DNA of 64,000 nucleotides. It comes from a virus. Where the stretch lies: positions 1-64,000 of IMG/VR virus record IMGVR_UViG_3300043409_001462, one strand, 5' to 3'. Below, piece after piece: positions 7,107 through 16,263 of the stretch; within the stretch, counting starts at the first letter, position 1; each line of letters starts with the position of its first letter. A program made the translations under genes and the position numbers. The notes beneath the pieces were generated by a model. It saw only the letters and a program-made list of their open reading frames with translations, was not told the origin of the DNA and did not search any database.

Positions 7107-8332
7107 AAACATACATCCTTTATATTGATCAAGAAAAGTCTATCGAATATGCTAAAGACTGTAGAGAAACAGCTGTTTCTTTTGGTCTTAAAACATTTAT
7201 GCATGAAGGTCTTTTTGGTAAACAAAATAGAGAGCTTACTCGCAGGACAGGATTGAATATTCTTACAACCGAATATTCATCAGAGTATTGCGGAACTGTT
7301 GGTCATATTGAAATTTGGAAATCAATCGCACAGTCGGGTGAAATTGGTGTTGTGCTTGAACACGACTGCGTAGTTATGGGCGATTATAGCAAGCTTACTG
7401 TTGGAGATGGAGAAATTCTTTTCCTCGGTCCACGTATGTTCCATAGATCTCACTACGAGTTTCCTGTTGACGAAGAAGTTGATTATTACGATGTAAACCA
7501 TTATAATGGTGCTCATGCATATATGATCACTCCGAATACTGCTGCGATGCTTCTTGCAGAGCTTGATCGTATCAAGATGATCCTGATGCCTATCGATGGA
7601 TTGCTTGGTCTCAAGAACAAATTTAACATGAAGTTGAAGACGGTTGATCCTGCGTTTGTAATTTCTGAGATTGGTACTCATCGTAAGTCGTTCAATTTCG
7701 ATCAGCCTGACACAACCAATCGCAAATACTTCCCTAAATTTTTGAAGGGTGTACGAGATCGTGTTTCGTTGCCTCCAATCGCAGAATACAAGTTCACGAC
7801 TGATTGGTTTACCGAGCATATTCCACACTGGCTTGAAACTTTCAAGATAGCCAATCTTAATTTTGAAGATAAAATTGATGTTCTTGAAATTGGTACGTAT
7901 GAAGGTAGATCTACATGTTGGATTCTTGATAACATGTTGCTTAATATTGACAGTCGTATGGATGCAATCGACTCATTTTTGGAAGATACAAAGCTGTACG
8001 AAGCTTTTGTAAAGAATATTGCTATTGCTAAAAATCCAGAAAAGATGAAGATGTGGGCTGGTGATAGTCGAGTGTATCTTCCGATGCTTTTAAATATTGA
8101 GAAAAAATACGATTTCATATACATCGATGGATGTCACAAAACAGAAATTGTTATCATCGATGGATTGTGTGCATATCATCTTCTAAAGGATAATGGTGTA
8201 ATTATCTTCTCGAATTATGATTACGAAGAAGAAGGCCAGCTTACTGTTAAGCCAGCATTGGAAAAGCTAGAAAAAATGCTACCAATCAAATCAGTCTTGA
8301 CAGGTTTACAGTATTCGTATATGAAGAAATAA
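7103..8332 (+). CDS. glycosyltransferase family 25 fused to SAM-dependent methyltransferase (Methyltransf_24-like)
   Basis: N-terminal GHIEIWKSI, VLEHD and GAHAYMITP (GT25); C-terminal VLEIGTYEGRS and YDFIYIDGCH (class I MTase). Confidence 0.75.
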   Translation: MKTYILYIDQEKSIEYAKDCRETAVSFGLKTFMHEGLFGKQNRELTRRTGLNILTTEYSSEYCGTVGHIEIWKSIAQSGEIGVVLEHDCVVMGDYSKLTVGDGEILFLGPRMFHRSHYEFPVDEEVDYYDVNHYNGAHAYMITPNTAAMLLAELDRIKMILMPIDGLLGLKNKFNMKLKTVDPAFVISEIGTHRKSFNFDQPDTTNRKYFPKFLKGVRDRVSLPPIAEYKFTTDWFTEHIPHWLETFKIANLNFEDKIDVLEIGTYEGRSTCWILDNMLLNIDSRMDAIDSFLEDTKLYEAFVKNIAIAKNPEKMKMWAGDSRVYLPMLLNIEKKYDFIYIDGCHKTEIVIIDGLCAYHLLKDNGVIIFSNYDYEEEGQLTVKPALEKLEKMLPIKSVLTGLQYSYMKK

Positions 8333-8366
8333 ATAGAATGGGAACACCAATAATGAGGAGACTAAG

Positions 8367-8819
8367 ATGTACCTCAAGACAGTCGGTAAACCATCTAAGG
8401 TTGGTTTGAAGCTTTGTAAAGAAGCAATAAAATTTTATGGAAGACAACTCCTAGGTGAAATATTATATCACCGTGTAGACGTAACTCTCAACTTCGATAA
8501 ATCTTTATCAAAGAAAAACGAATATGCTTTCTGTGAATGGGAAGACCAAAGTCACAGAGGTAAAGAATTTACCATAACTGTAGATCCTGAATTAGGTAAA
8601 CGTAACATGCTTCTTGCACTAGCGCATGAAATGGTGCATGTTAAACAGTATGCCAAAGGTGAGTTGAAAGATTATGTTAAATCAAATAAAAGTAAATGGA
8701 AGACAGAGATAATTGATCCAGATAAAGTAGATTACTGGGATTTTCCATGGGAGATAGAAGCTCATGGGCGTGAAAAGGGATTGTATATCCGCTATCTAAG
8801 TTATGAAAGGAATAAGTGA
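8367..8819 (+). CDS. putative zinc metallopeptidase (HExxH)
   Basis: ALAHEMVHVKQY and YWDFPWEIEA motifs. Confidence 0.75.
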   Translation: MYLKTVGKPSKVGLKLCKEAIKFYGRQLLGEILYHRVDVTLNFDKSLSKKNEYAFCEWEDQSHRGKEFTITVDPELGKRNMLLALAHEMVHVKQYAKGELKDYVKSNKSKWKTEIIDPDKVDYWDFPWEIEAHGREKGLYIRYLSYERNK

Positions 8820-9097
8820 TGGGATACCGTAGTCCAACAAGAACAGCATGTGTAGAGGTTGATGTTGATGTTAACCTCGATGACTTTGATGAATCAGACC
8901 TGATTGATTATATCGAAGAAAAAGGTTACACTGTTTTAGAAGGTAAGGTGAGTACCAAGTACGAAACCTTTGATCAGCTTGATAAACAAATCTGGCAGCT
9001 GTATCTAACATATATCTCATGCAAAGGCGCTGGACATTTGATGGATAAAGAGCTTGGTAATTTCTTTGCTGAATACTACAACAAAGTAAGTGTATGA
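8816..9097 (+). CDS. hypothetical protein
   Basis: Overlapping ORF in the operon. Confidence 0.65.
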   Translation: MMGYRSPTRTACVEVDVDVNLDDFDESDLIDYIEEKGYTVLEGKVSTKYETFDQLDKQIWQLYLTYISCKGAGHLMDKELGNFFAEYYNKVSV

Positions 9098-9675
9098 TGT
9101 CAGCTTTTGAGTGCTATAAAGAGTATGTGGCTCTCAAGAACCACTTCACTAAACCATCATACAATTACCACAAATACAACGGTAAGAGCAAGCTATCTTT
9201 CGATTCTTTCGATGTTAGAAAAGATAAGCTATACTTTATGAAGGTCGCTAAACACCCTGATCCAAGAAACTATATCTTATCTAATTTGGTCGAAAACCCG
9301 AAATTATGGATAAAAGAAATTGCATTTTCTTCTAGCTCTGAGGAAGTGTATAAAGGTTGGGCAAAGCGTCAGCAGTCGCTTATGTACATCTTTAAAGAAG
9401 AATTGTCTAAGCTAAATGGAGATTTTGATTCAAACTTCAAAGCTGAAGACCGAACCCATCCCTACATTTTGAAGCTGTATATTCGTAAAGAGATCAGCCT
9501 CGAAACGTTAGTGATACTCGTTGACTTAGTAAGATGTGCATCCTACTGGTCGAAGAGATTTGAATATGACCCTACGATCCAAGACGTCTTGAACAAGATT
9601 ATGAAGTATCGACCGTTTCTAACTTACGATCGAGAAAAAGTAAAAAATATTGTACTTGACAAATTCGGCTCGTAG
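9094..9675 (+). CDS. gp59: DNA helicase loader gp59
   Basis: YVALKNHF...YNYHKYNGK, RKDKLYF, ISLETLVIL, KYRPFL; lies directly upstream of gp32. Confidence 0.85.
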   Translation: MMSAFECYKEYVALKNHFTKPSYNYHKYNGKSKLSFDSFDVRKDKLYFMKVAKHPDPRNYILSNLVENPKLWIKEIAFSSSSEEVYKGWAKRQQSLMYIFKEELSKLNGDFDSNFKAEDRTHPYILKLYIRKEISLETLVILVDLVRCASYWSKRFEYDPTIQDVLNKIMKYRPFLTYDREKVKNIVLDKFGS

Positions 9676-9689
9676 TAGTATACTAAATA
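9656..9689 (+). promoter_or_regulatory. sigma70 promoter for gp32, with overlapping late-like CTAAATA
   Basis: TTGACA (9656-61), 17 nt spacer, TATACT (9679-84) continuing as AAATA. Confidence 0.8.
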
Positions 9690-9753
9690 ATGTTGGGCGC
9701 TGAAACAGTCCAACACGACAATATTATCAATATTAACAATACGGAGAATACAA

Positions 9754-10656
9754 ATGGTAGATTTTGCAAAGCTTAAGGCTAACTCAGGTAAGAAGTCACT
9801 CGAAGCTCTTACCGCTGAACTCACTAAGATTTCAGGTGGTCAATTCGATAACTCCAAAGATGACAGACTGTGGTATCCAAACGTCGATAAGGCGGGTAAT
9901 GGTTATGCAGTCATTCGTTTTCTTCCTGCTCCTGGTGAGGAAGATATGCCTTTCGTGCGTACATTCTCGCATGGGTTCAAGGGTCCGACTGGTTCTTGGT
10001 TGATTGAGAACTGCTCGACAACCATTGGTCATAAGTGCCCTGTTTGTGAAGCTAATTCAGAGCTCTGGAATAGTGGTATCGAAGCAGACAAGAAGATTGC
10101 ACGTGAACGTAAGCGTAAGCTAACTTTTATCTCTAATGTTCTTGTGATCACTGATCAGCAGAATCCTGAGAACGAAGGTAAGGTATTCTTGTTTAAGTAC
10201 GGCAAGAAGATCTTTGATAAGCTTAATGAGACTATGAATCCTCAGTTTGCTGACGAAGACGCTATGAACCCATTCGATCTTTGGTCTGGCGCTAACTTCA
10301 AGCTCAAGATTCGTAACGTTGATAACTATCGTAACTACGATAAGTCAGAGTTTGCTAATGCTGGTCCTTTGTCTAATGATGATTCAGAGATGGAAACAAC
10401 CTGGAAGAAGGCATATTCGCTTCAGGAATTCCTTGCTCCTACTAACTTCAAGTCATACGATGAACTGAAGGGTAAGTTGGTTAAGGTTCTTGCTTCTGGC
10501 TCTGCAGCAGCAGCTCGTGCTTCTGCTGTTACTGAGGAAGATGATGCTCCTTGGAATGAAGCTCCTGCACCAAAGTTGAAGGCAGCTGCACCTCCTAAGT
10601 TTGATGAAGATGAAGATGATGAGTCTTTGGAATTTTTCAAGAAGCTGGCAGGTTAA
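9754..10656 (+). CDS. gp32: single-stranded DNA-binding protein gp32
   Basis: DKAGNGYAVIRFLP, Zn motif H...C...CPVC, KYGKKIFDK, acidic C-terminal tail. Confidence 0.95.
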   Translation: MVDFAKLKANSGKKSLEALTAELTKISGGQFDNSKDDRLWYPNVDKAGNGYAVIRFLPAPGEEDMPFVRTFSHGFKGPTGSWLIENCSTTIGHKCPVCEANSELWNSGIEADKKIARERKRKLTFISNVLVITDQQNPENEGKVFLFKYGKKIFDKLNETMNPQFADEDAMNPFDLWSGANFKLKIRNVDNYRNYDKSEFANAGPLSNDDSEMETTWKKAYSLQEFLAPTNFKSYDELKGKLVKVLASGSAAAARASAVTEEDDAPWNEAPAPKLKAAAPPKFDEDEDDESLEFFKKLAG

Positions 10657-10660
10657 GATT

Positions 10661-10687
10661 AAGGGAGCTTCGGCTCCCTTTTTTTAT
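10661..10687. terminator. bidirectional terminator with cUUCGg tetraloop
   Basis: aagggagc-ttcg-gctccctt followed by a T-run, between convergent genes. Confidence 0.85.
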
Positions 10688-13497
10688 CCGAAAGAAGTCA
10701 TACCAAACAATTCTTTTAATCTTAATCTAGCGTCAACTGGTTCTACAATACCAACATCACCAGAGCTATATTTACCTTTGGTGCTATCTGATGTTGGTGT
10801 ACTCATAGTATTTTGATTTACAGTAATTCCTTGTTTAGCGGATCTTTGATCAGCCATATCTTTAGTTGAAGCTTGGCCAAGTTCAGCACCTTTTGAAGAA
10901 CCAGCTGGTTGTAATGCAGCTGTTTGAAGAGTTTGTGATTCTTTTGGAGACAATTGAGCGGATGTTGACCCAGTAGATGGTGTAAGAGCGCCAGGAGTGC
11001 CACCAACAGTTGAATCTGTTTTATTTTTATCTCCACCTGCTAATTGAGTACCACCGCCTCTTCTTACCATCAGCTGTGAATTTACAGGAACCATATATTT
11101 TCTTACAGCGCCGCTACTATTACCAGCAATCATTTCAACTTGACCGTTTCTATAAACACCAGTTGCTATACCAACGTGACCACCAGTTTGACCTGGTCCT
11201 TTACCTCTTGTTTGAAGAACAACATCACCTGGTTGTATTTGAGAAGGATCTACTCCAGAACCAAAATTTTGAAAACTATTAGCAACAGCAGAACCAGAAC
11301 CACTAGCTCCTGATTGTTTTAAAGAAGAATTGACGAATTGAGCACACCATGCTTCGCCTTGGTTGTTATATCCACCAGCTCTCAAGAAATCTAATGATTG
11401 ATTTCTATTTTTACCAACCATAGTTTCGGCTAATTGTACAGCAGTAGCATTTGGTGGTCCACCAGCACTAGGACCATTATTACCAAGTGCAGCAACTTGT
11501 TGATTTGGTTGTACTCTTGCAGGAGCAGATTGTCCTGGAGTAACTCCGAAAGATTGTGAACCAGAAGCAGAAGCTTGTTGTCTTGCAGCTTCTATAGTAT
11601 TTGTACCACCACCTGGTTGACGTTCAGCAGCTGGAACCTGAGAATTATTAGATCCAGTACCTTGTTTTAATGTTTCAACCTTACCTTCTTTAAATCCTTC
11701 AACTTTATGCATAGCAGCAAGTAATGCTTTACGTTGTTCAGCATTAAGTGAACCCATTTGAGTGTTTGGTGACACACCAGCTGCAGCTGCCACTGTATTA
11801 ATATAATTACCAGTGTTATTTTCATTTGGTGGGGCGTATTTCGAAATAGCCTGAGATACTGATAAATTTTTATATGAACTACTTTCAAATAAAAGTTTTT
11901 CTTGAGCTTTGTTACCTGAATCTAATGTTGGGAATATAGCAAAACGACCATCAGTTCCAATTGCACCATTTGATTTAGAAAATGCACCGTATTCTAAATT
12001 ACCAGGATTATTATTACGCCAGTTTCTAGCTCCTGTTCTTTTTTCAACTGAGCCATCCGCTAGTTCTACAGTATTAGATCCAGCTTTTGTTTCTAATATT
12101 TTTGCGATACCAGGACCACCAGAGCCACCTGGAGATGGTAATGATGATGCTGCAGCAGAAGGTTTAGCATCTCCAGCTGGTGTGGTACTAGTATTAGTGT
12201 TTGTTGCACCTTGATTTGGTTGTACGCCCTGTTGATTTTTAGAATTGAATACTAAATTTTCAGCATTGAATGTTAATGTTTTAACATTTACGATAGAATC
12301 AGTTGGATTTTTTATATCTTTGTTTTCTAGTTTTGTAGCTTGAGCTTCTTTGATATCAGCACTGGCTCCTGGACCTGGAGCAAGCATATCATATGCACCT
12401 TTACCAGCTTTACTACCAAGCCAAGATCCACCAAGACCACCACCAACAGCGCCAAGCAACCCACCGATTGCCATACCTACAGGACCACCGAATGCTCCTA
12501 ATGCTGCGCCAGCAGTTGCTCCTCCCCATGCACCAAGACCACCACCAGCTGCAGCGCCAGCGCCAGTAGATACTGCTCTACCTGCATTACCTGACTCTTG
12601 GTATTCATCATATCCAGACAAACCACCACCAAGTAATGCACCGATAACAGGTGCTCTTCTTAATACGCTACCAGCTGCACCAAGCATTCCACTTTTTGGA
12701 GCTACTTTACTCGAAGCTTTTCCTTTACCTCCACCAAGACCACTGAGTGCATCAGCTGCAGCATCTATTAAACTTGGTTTCTTTATTTGTTGAACTTCTT
12801 TTAGAATAGAACCAAGAAGCTGATTAGTCATTTCCTGACGTGCAATAGAAGTTTGCATCATCATATTTGTAGTGTTTACTTCGTCTGCAACTCTATTAAC
12901 AGCCTGTCTTACGCTGCCATCAGTTGCGTCAGAGGCACCACCACCTCCACCACCAGCTGCTGCATTTCCTTGAGGTTTTATTGCAAATGAAGGGAAAGCT
13001 GCATTAAAAGCAGTTGCGCCAGCGTTCATAGCTGCTTCTTTAAACGCTCCTTTAACTTTATCGCCCGTTGATTGAGGTGCATCAGCTGCAGGAGCTTGTT
13101 GTGTTTGTTTAGGAGGAGCTGATTGTTTTACGTTAGATGTTCTTTGACGATTAGTTTCTGCTTGTTGTCGTCTTGCATCAGATGCAGACTGCGCTTCTTG
13201 TTTTCTAGCTTCAATTTGCTCTTGTCTTTGACGTTGAGCAGCTTCTCTTTCCGCAGCCTTACGAGCTATCTCAGCTGACTTTGCAGCAGCTGCCTGACGT
13301 TTAGATTCTTCAGCTGCAGCTTTGGCTGCTTCTTGCGCTTTAGCTTTCTCTTGTTGTTTAGATTCATATTCATCGGCGAGCATCTTGGCCATTGGTCCCT
13401 TAAGGACATTACCTGAATCGTCAATTATTTGGCCATCGGGAGTTCTGTAATAAACAGAATCTCCCATAGCACCAACACGTTCGCCTTTTTTAGCCAT
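10684..13497 (-). CDS. tape-measure/baseplate-hub-like virion protein with lysozyme-like (RNNNPGNL) and CHAP/NlpC-P60 (TIGR02594-like) peptidoglycan hydrolase domains
   Basis: Helical Ala/Gln N-terminus, Gly-zipper region, RNWRNNNPGNL...YAPPNEN, AWCAQFVN...GHVG...IAGN. Confidence 0.7.
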   Translation of the reverse strand: MAKKGERVGAMGDSVYYRTPDGQIIDDSGNVLKGPMAKMLADEYESKQQEKAKAQEAAKAAAEESKRQAAAAKSAEIARKAAEREAAQRQRQEQIEARKQEAQSASDARRQQAETNRQRTSNVKQSAPPKQTQQAPAADAPQSTGDKVKGAFKEAAMNAGATAFNAAFPSFAIKPQGNAAAGGGGGGASDATDGSVRQAVNRVADEVNTTNMMMQTSIARQEMTNQLLGSILKEVQQIKKPSLIDAAADALSGLGGGKGKASSKVAPKSGMLGAAGSVLRRAPVIGALLGGGLSGYDEYQESGNAGRAVSTGAGAAAGGGLGAWGGATAGAALGAFGGPVGMAIGGLLGAVGGGLGGSWLGSKAGKGAYDMLAPGPGASADIKEAQATKLENKDIKNPTDSIVNVKTLTFNAENLVFNSKNQQGVQPNQGATNTNTSTTPAGDAKPSAAASSLPSPGGSGGPGIAKILETKAGSNTVELADGSVEKRTGARNWRNNNPGNLEYGAFSKSNGAIGTDGRFAIFPTLDSGNKAQEKLLFESSSYKNLSVSQAISKYAPPNENNTGNYINTVAAAAGVSPNTQMGSLNAEQRKALLAAMHKVEGFKEGKVETLKQGTGSNNSQVPAAERQPGGGTNTIEAARQQASASGSQSFGVTPGQSAPARVQPNQQVAALGNNGPSAGGPPNATAVQLAETMVGKNRNQSLDFLRAGGYNNQGEAWCAQFVNSSLKQSGASGSGSAVANSFQNFGSGVDPSQIQPGDVVLQTRGKGPGQTGGHVGIATGVYRNGQVEMIAGNSSGAVRKYMVPVNSQLMVRRGGGTQLAGGDKNKTDSTVGGTPGALTPSTGSTSAQLSPKESQTLQTAALQPAGSSKGAELGQASTKDMADQRSAKQGITVNQNTMSTPTSDSTKGKYSSGDVGIVEPVDARLRLKELFGMTSFG

Positions 13498-13982
13498 TAT
13501 TGCTTACTCGCAACTTTCTCTTGAGTTCTGCCATAAGCAGCAACACCAAGGATGGCACCGAATGCCATGTGAATTAAACCACCATTTGATAGTGTCAGTG
13601 ACTGCCAAGCTGCATACTGCATCGTAATACCAATACCTTTAAGCATTACTGGTAGGAACATTGCGATAGCTGGGAATACAACGAAGTCCATTAAACAGAT
13701 AAGCATGTAAAGCCAACCCATTGCTGGTCTCCACATTGACTTAACCCAACCTTCCTCTTTCTTTGGTTCAGTAGAAGGTTCAGCAACCGTGAAATTAAAT
13801 TCAGGCGGTGGAGGAGAAGGTGGAACTGCAGCTGCAGCTACTGGTGCAGGAGTTACTGGTGGAGGAGGTGGAACAATAGCTTCTACAACAGGAGCTGCAG
13901 CTGGAGGTGGTACATACTGTGGAGATACTTTAACCTCCACAGCGATATCGTCGCCTATGATTGATTTTCCAAATTTAGCCAT
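13497..13982 (-). CDS. putative holin-like membrane protein (3TM GTA-holin-like) with Pro-rich N-terminus
   Basis: WRPAMGWLYMLIC motif, hydrophobic helices, basic C-terminal GRTQEK. Confidence 0.6.
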   Translation of the reverse strand: MAKFGKSIIGDDIAVEVKVSPQYVPPPAAAPVVEAIVPPPPPVTPAPVAAAAVPPSPPPPEFNFTVAEPSTEPKKEEGWVKSMWRPAMGWLYMLICLMDFVVFPAIAMFLPVMLKGIGITMQYAAWQSLTLSNGGLIHMAFGAILGVAAYGRTQEKVASKQ

Positions 13983-14166
13983 CTTGATTTCTCTTCTGTT
14001 CTTCTAGTTCTTTGAGATGATTCATTAACATTTCAACATAAATGTCACGCTCGAATGGCAAAAGGTTTTCAATATCACTTATAGAATATTTATGATGCTG
14101 AATCAAAGAAAAATTAGTAGTATAATAATTCTCTAGAGTATTATGATTCAGCGCAATGTAAAAAAA
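13975..14166 (-). CDS. gp51: gp51-like baseplate hub assembly protein; no canonical start, candidate -1 frameshift extension of gp26
   Basis: Frame absent from the track: ...HNTLENYYTTNFSLIQHHKYSISDIENLLPFERDIYVEMLMNHLKELEEQKRNQDG*, matching the YYxxNFxLxQHHKYS...PxER gp51 pattern. Confidence 0.75.
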   Translation of the reverse strand, partial: FFYIALNHNTLENYYTTNFSLIQHHKYSISDIENLLPFERDIYVEMLMNHLKELEEQKRNQDG

Positions 14167-14855
14167 TCTGTTAACGAGGTCAGTTCAATTTGACGGTTGT
14201 TACCTAGCTTGTTCTTATACTCAATAATGTAATTAAGCTTAGGTTGGTTGAGAATAAAATCTCTTACTTTGTCGAAAGTTTTAACGTCAAGGTTATCGAT
14301 ATATTCAGAAATTTCATCCATAGTATAGTTCTTGGTGTCGTAAACATTATCAGCATCATAGAACTTTTCAATACATCTAAGCACTAGCTGATAGAAAGCT
14401 TCTTCGCCAGAGTTCATAAAATCTTTATCTTCATACAAACTAGCTTCTGGATATTTCATTACAATACCAGATGTTTCTGTTAGCTTGATTGTTTTTTCTA
14501 AATTTAATGGGAAAACAACATTGACATTATTCAAGTCAATATCGAAATCATAGTCCATGGTATCTTCGTTGTCACGATAGGTAACAGAAACGATATTGTT
14601 AACTGACTGTGCTCTGATACGTAGGAATAGATATTCAACATCAAACAAAGCTAGCTTATCAATATTTAAATCGTCAAGAGCGCAGTTGTTGACTACTTGC
14701 TTAATCGCCAAAAGGATATCGTTTTCCTGTTCGCTTGTTTTAGCAATAAGTAGAATCTTTTCTTCCTTCACAAGGAATGGACGAAATCTAACTTCTCTTT
14801 TCGATGATGGGATTTTAATTTTAAAAATAGGGTGTTCAATTTTAGGTAAAGACAT
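14148..14855 (-). CDS. gp26: baseplate hub subunit gp26
   Basis: MSLPKI...FRPFLVKEEKILL, FDVEYLFLRIRAQSV, ends LTDFF. Confidence 0.85.
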   Translation of the reverse strand: MSLPKIEHPIFKIKIPSSKREVRFRPFLVKEEKILLIAKTSEQENDILLAIKQVVNNCALDDLNIDKLALFDVEYLFLRIRAQSVNNIVSVTYRDNEDTMDYDFDIDLNNVNVVFPLNLEKTIKLTETSGIVMKYPEASLYEDKDFMNSGEEAFYQLVLRCIEKFYDADNVYDTKNYTMDEISEYIDNLDVKTFDKVRDFILNQPKLNYIIEYKNKLGNNRQIELTSLTDFFTLR

Positions 14856-14880
14856 ATTATTCTCCAATGTTATATTTCAA

Positions 14881-15657
14881 TTATCCGAAAGGCGAACCTA
14901 CAGCTAGCGGTCCAGTTCCTTGCATCGCCTCTTGACTATTCAATATTTCTTTCGTAGTATCAGATGTAAGTGTAGCCTGCGCTCCAGAAGGATTGCCAGC
15001 GAAAGTAGTAAATGGGTTTGTTGGCGTTGCTTGTATTTGACTATTCATCGCGCTACTAACACCAACCATAGCCCAATCTCTATAGCTGATACTAACTGTT
15101 ATTTTCATTAAATTGCTATTGTCACTCCAGCTAAGATTAATATCATTAATCGATTCTGGAAATGCTCGGTACATAACGATATCGTTTACTTGATTGCCAG
15201 CATTATCGTATACGTACACGTGAAGATCAGTTACATAATTGTCTTTATATTCAGTTGCATATGATGCACCGACATTTGATTCATATGCAGAGCCACTGAA
15301 ATCGAATATCTTATTCATCCATGTGTAGAAATACATGTATATCTGACTGTTTCGATCTGATATAAAAGTAATCGAGTTTTCAGTAAAGCGTGCATTGAAC
15401 GGCATCTTTTGAGATGGTCCAACACCGTATCGATTAATATCGCTTTGTAGTAATGCAACTCCAGGAACCTTAACTGACTCAGCTCGAACCTGCATTAATC
15501 TTTCAGTAGTAAGAACATCATTCGTTCCTTGATTAGTTCCAAAATAACTATTTTGCATACAGCGTGGTGAATTAAATGCAACGATAAATTTGTTGGTTTG
15601 TAACACACCATTTTTAGATATATCTGATCTGAAATTATTTAAATTAAAACCAGCCAT
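14881..15657 (-). CDS. tail tube initiator gp54-like
   Basis: Tube-protein-like fold pattern (VKVPG, AFPESINDINLSW, ITVSISYRDW); synteny. Confidence 0.65.
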   Translation of the reverse strand: MAGFNLNNFRSDISKNGVLQTNKFIVAFNSPRCMQNSYFGTNQGTNDVLTTERLMQVRAESVKVPGVALLQSDINRYGVGPSQKMPFNARFTENSITFISDRNSQIYMYFYTWMNKIFDFSGSAYESNVGASYATEYKDNYVTDLHVYVYDNAGNQVNDIVMYRAFPESINDINLSWSDNSNLMKITVSISYRDWAMVGVSSAMNSQIQATPTNPFTTFAGNPSGAQATLTSDTTKEILNSQEAMQGTGPLAVGSPFG

Positions 15658-16263
15658 TTATCGAACTTTCGCTATTGAGTCGTTGAACACTTTTGTCTTT
15701 GTAGCCTTTTGGAATCTTTCAAGAGGTAGCATTAATGCAGTGTCCCAGTTCGTTGGCTCTACGTATAGAAATTTACTTTGCACGTGATCCCATAGATATC
15801 TTTTAACACAGGGAGAAAATGCACCAAACTTAGCTGCGCTGTTCAGCATATTATAAGATAATTTAAGTTTAGTCGTATCATCGTATTTATTGTTATTAGC
15901 TGTAGAGTATAAAGCATCCATCAACTTAGCTCTAAGGTATGGTGGAAGGTAATGTAAATTAATACCAAGAAATCCACCTTCTTGGAAACCAATTGGGAAT
16001 ATCATTGGGAAAATATCATAGTATGGGAGTGTAGCTTTACCCTTTGGTTCGTAGAAAAACATAAACATACTACCGATATCTGTTGTTGATATAGACCCAA
16101 CAACGTTTTGTTTATCGTTCATCATACGGTTCTTGTTTACATTTCTAGATGTTAATTTTGAAGCTTCATCGCGATACCAGTTTCTGGCTGAAGCTGTTTT
16201 ATTTGGAGTAATGCCTTCGGCTTTACCTTTTTTAGCTACCGATTGGAATATGTAAGCTGCCAT
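15658..16263 (-). CDS. gp2: DNA end protector protein gp2
   Basis: LPYYDIFP, GFLGINLHYLPP, CVKRYL motifs. Confidence 0.88.
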   Translation of the reverse strand: MAAYIFQSVAKKGKAEGITPNKTASARNWYRDEASKLTSRNVNKNRMMNDKQNVVGSISTTDIGSMFMFFYEPKGKATLPYYDIFPMIFPIGFQEGGFLGINLHYLPPYLRAKLMDALYSTANNNKYDDTTKLKLSYNMLNSAAKFGAFSPCVKRYLWDHVQSKFLYVEPTNWDTALMLPLERFQKATKTKVFNDSIAKVR

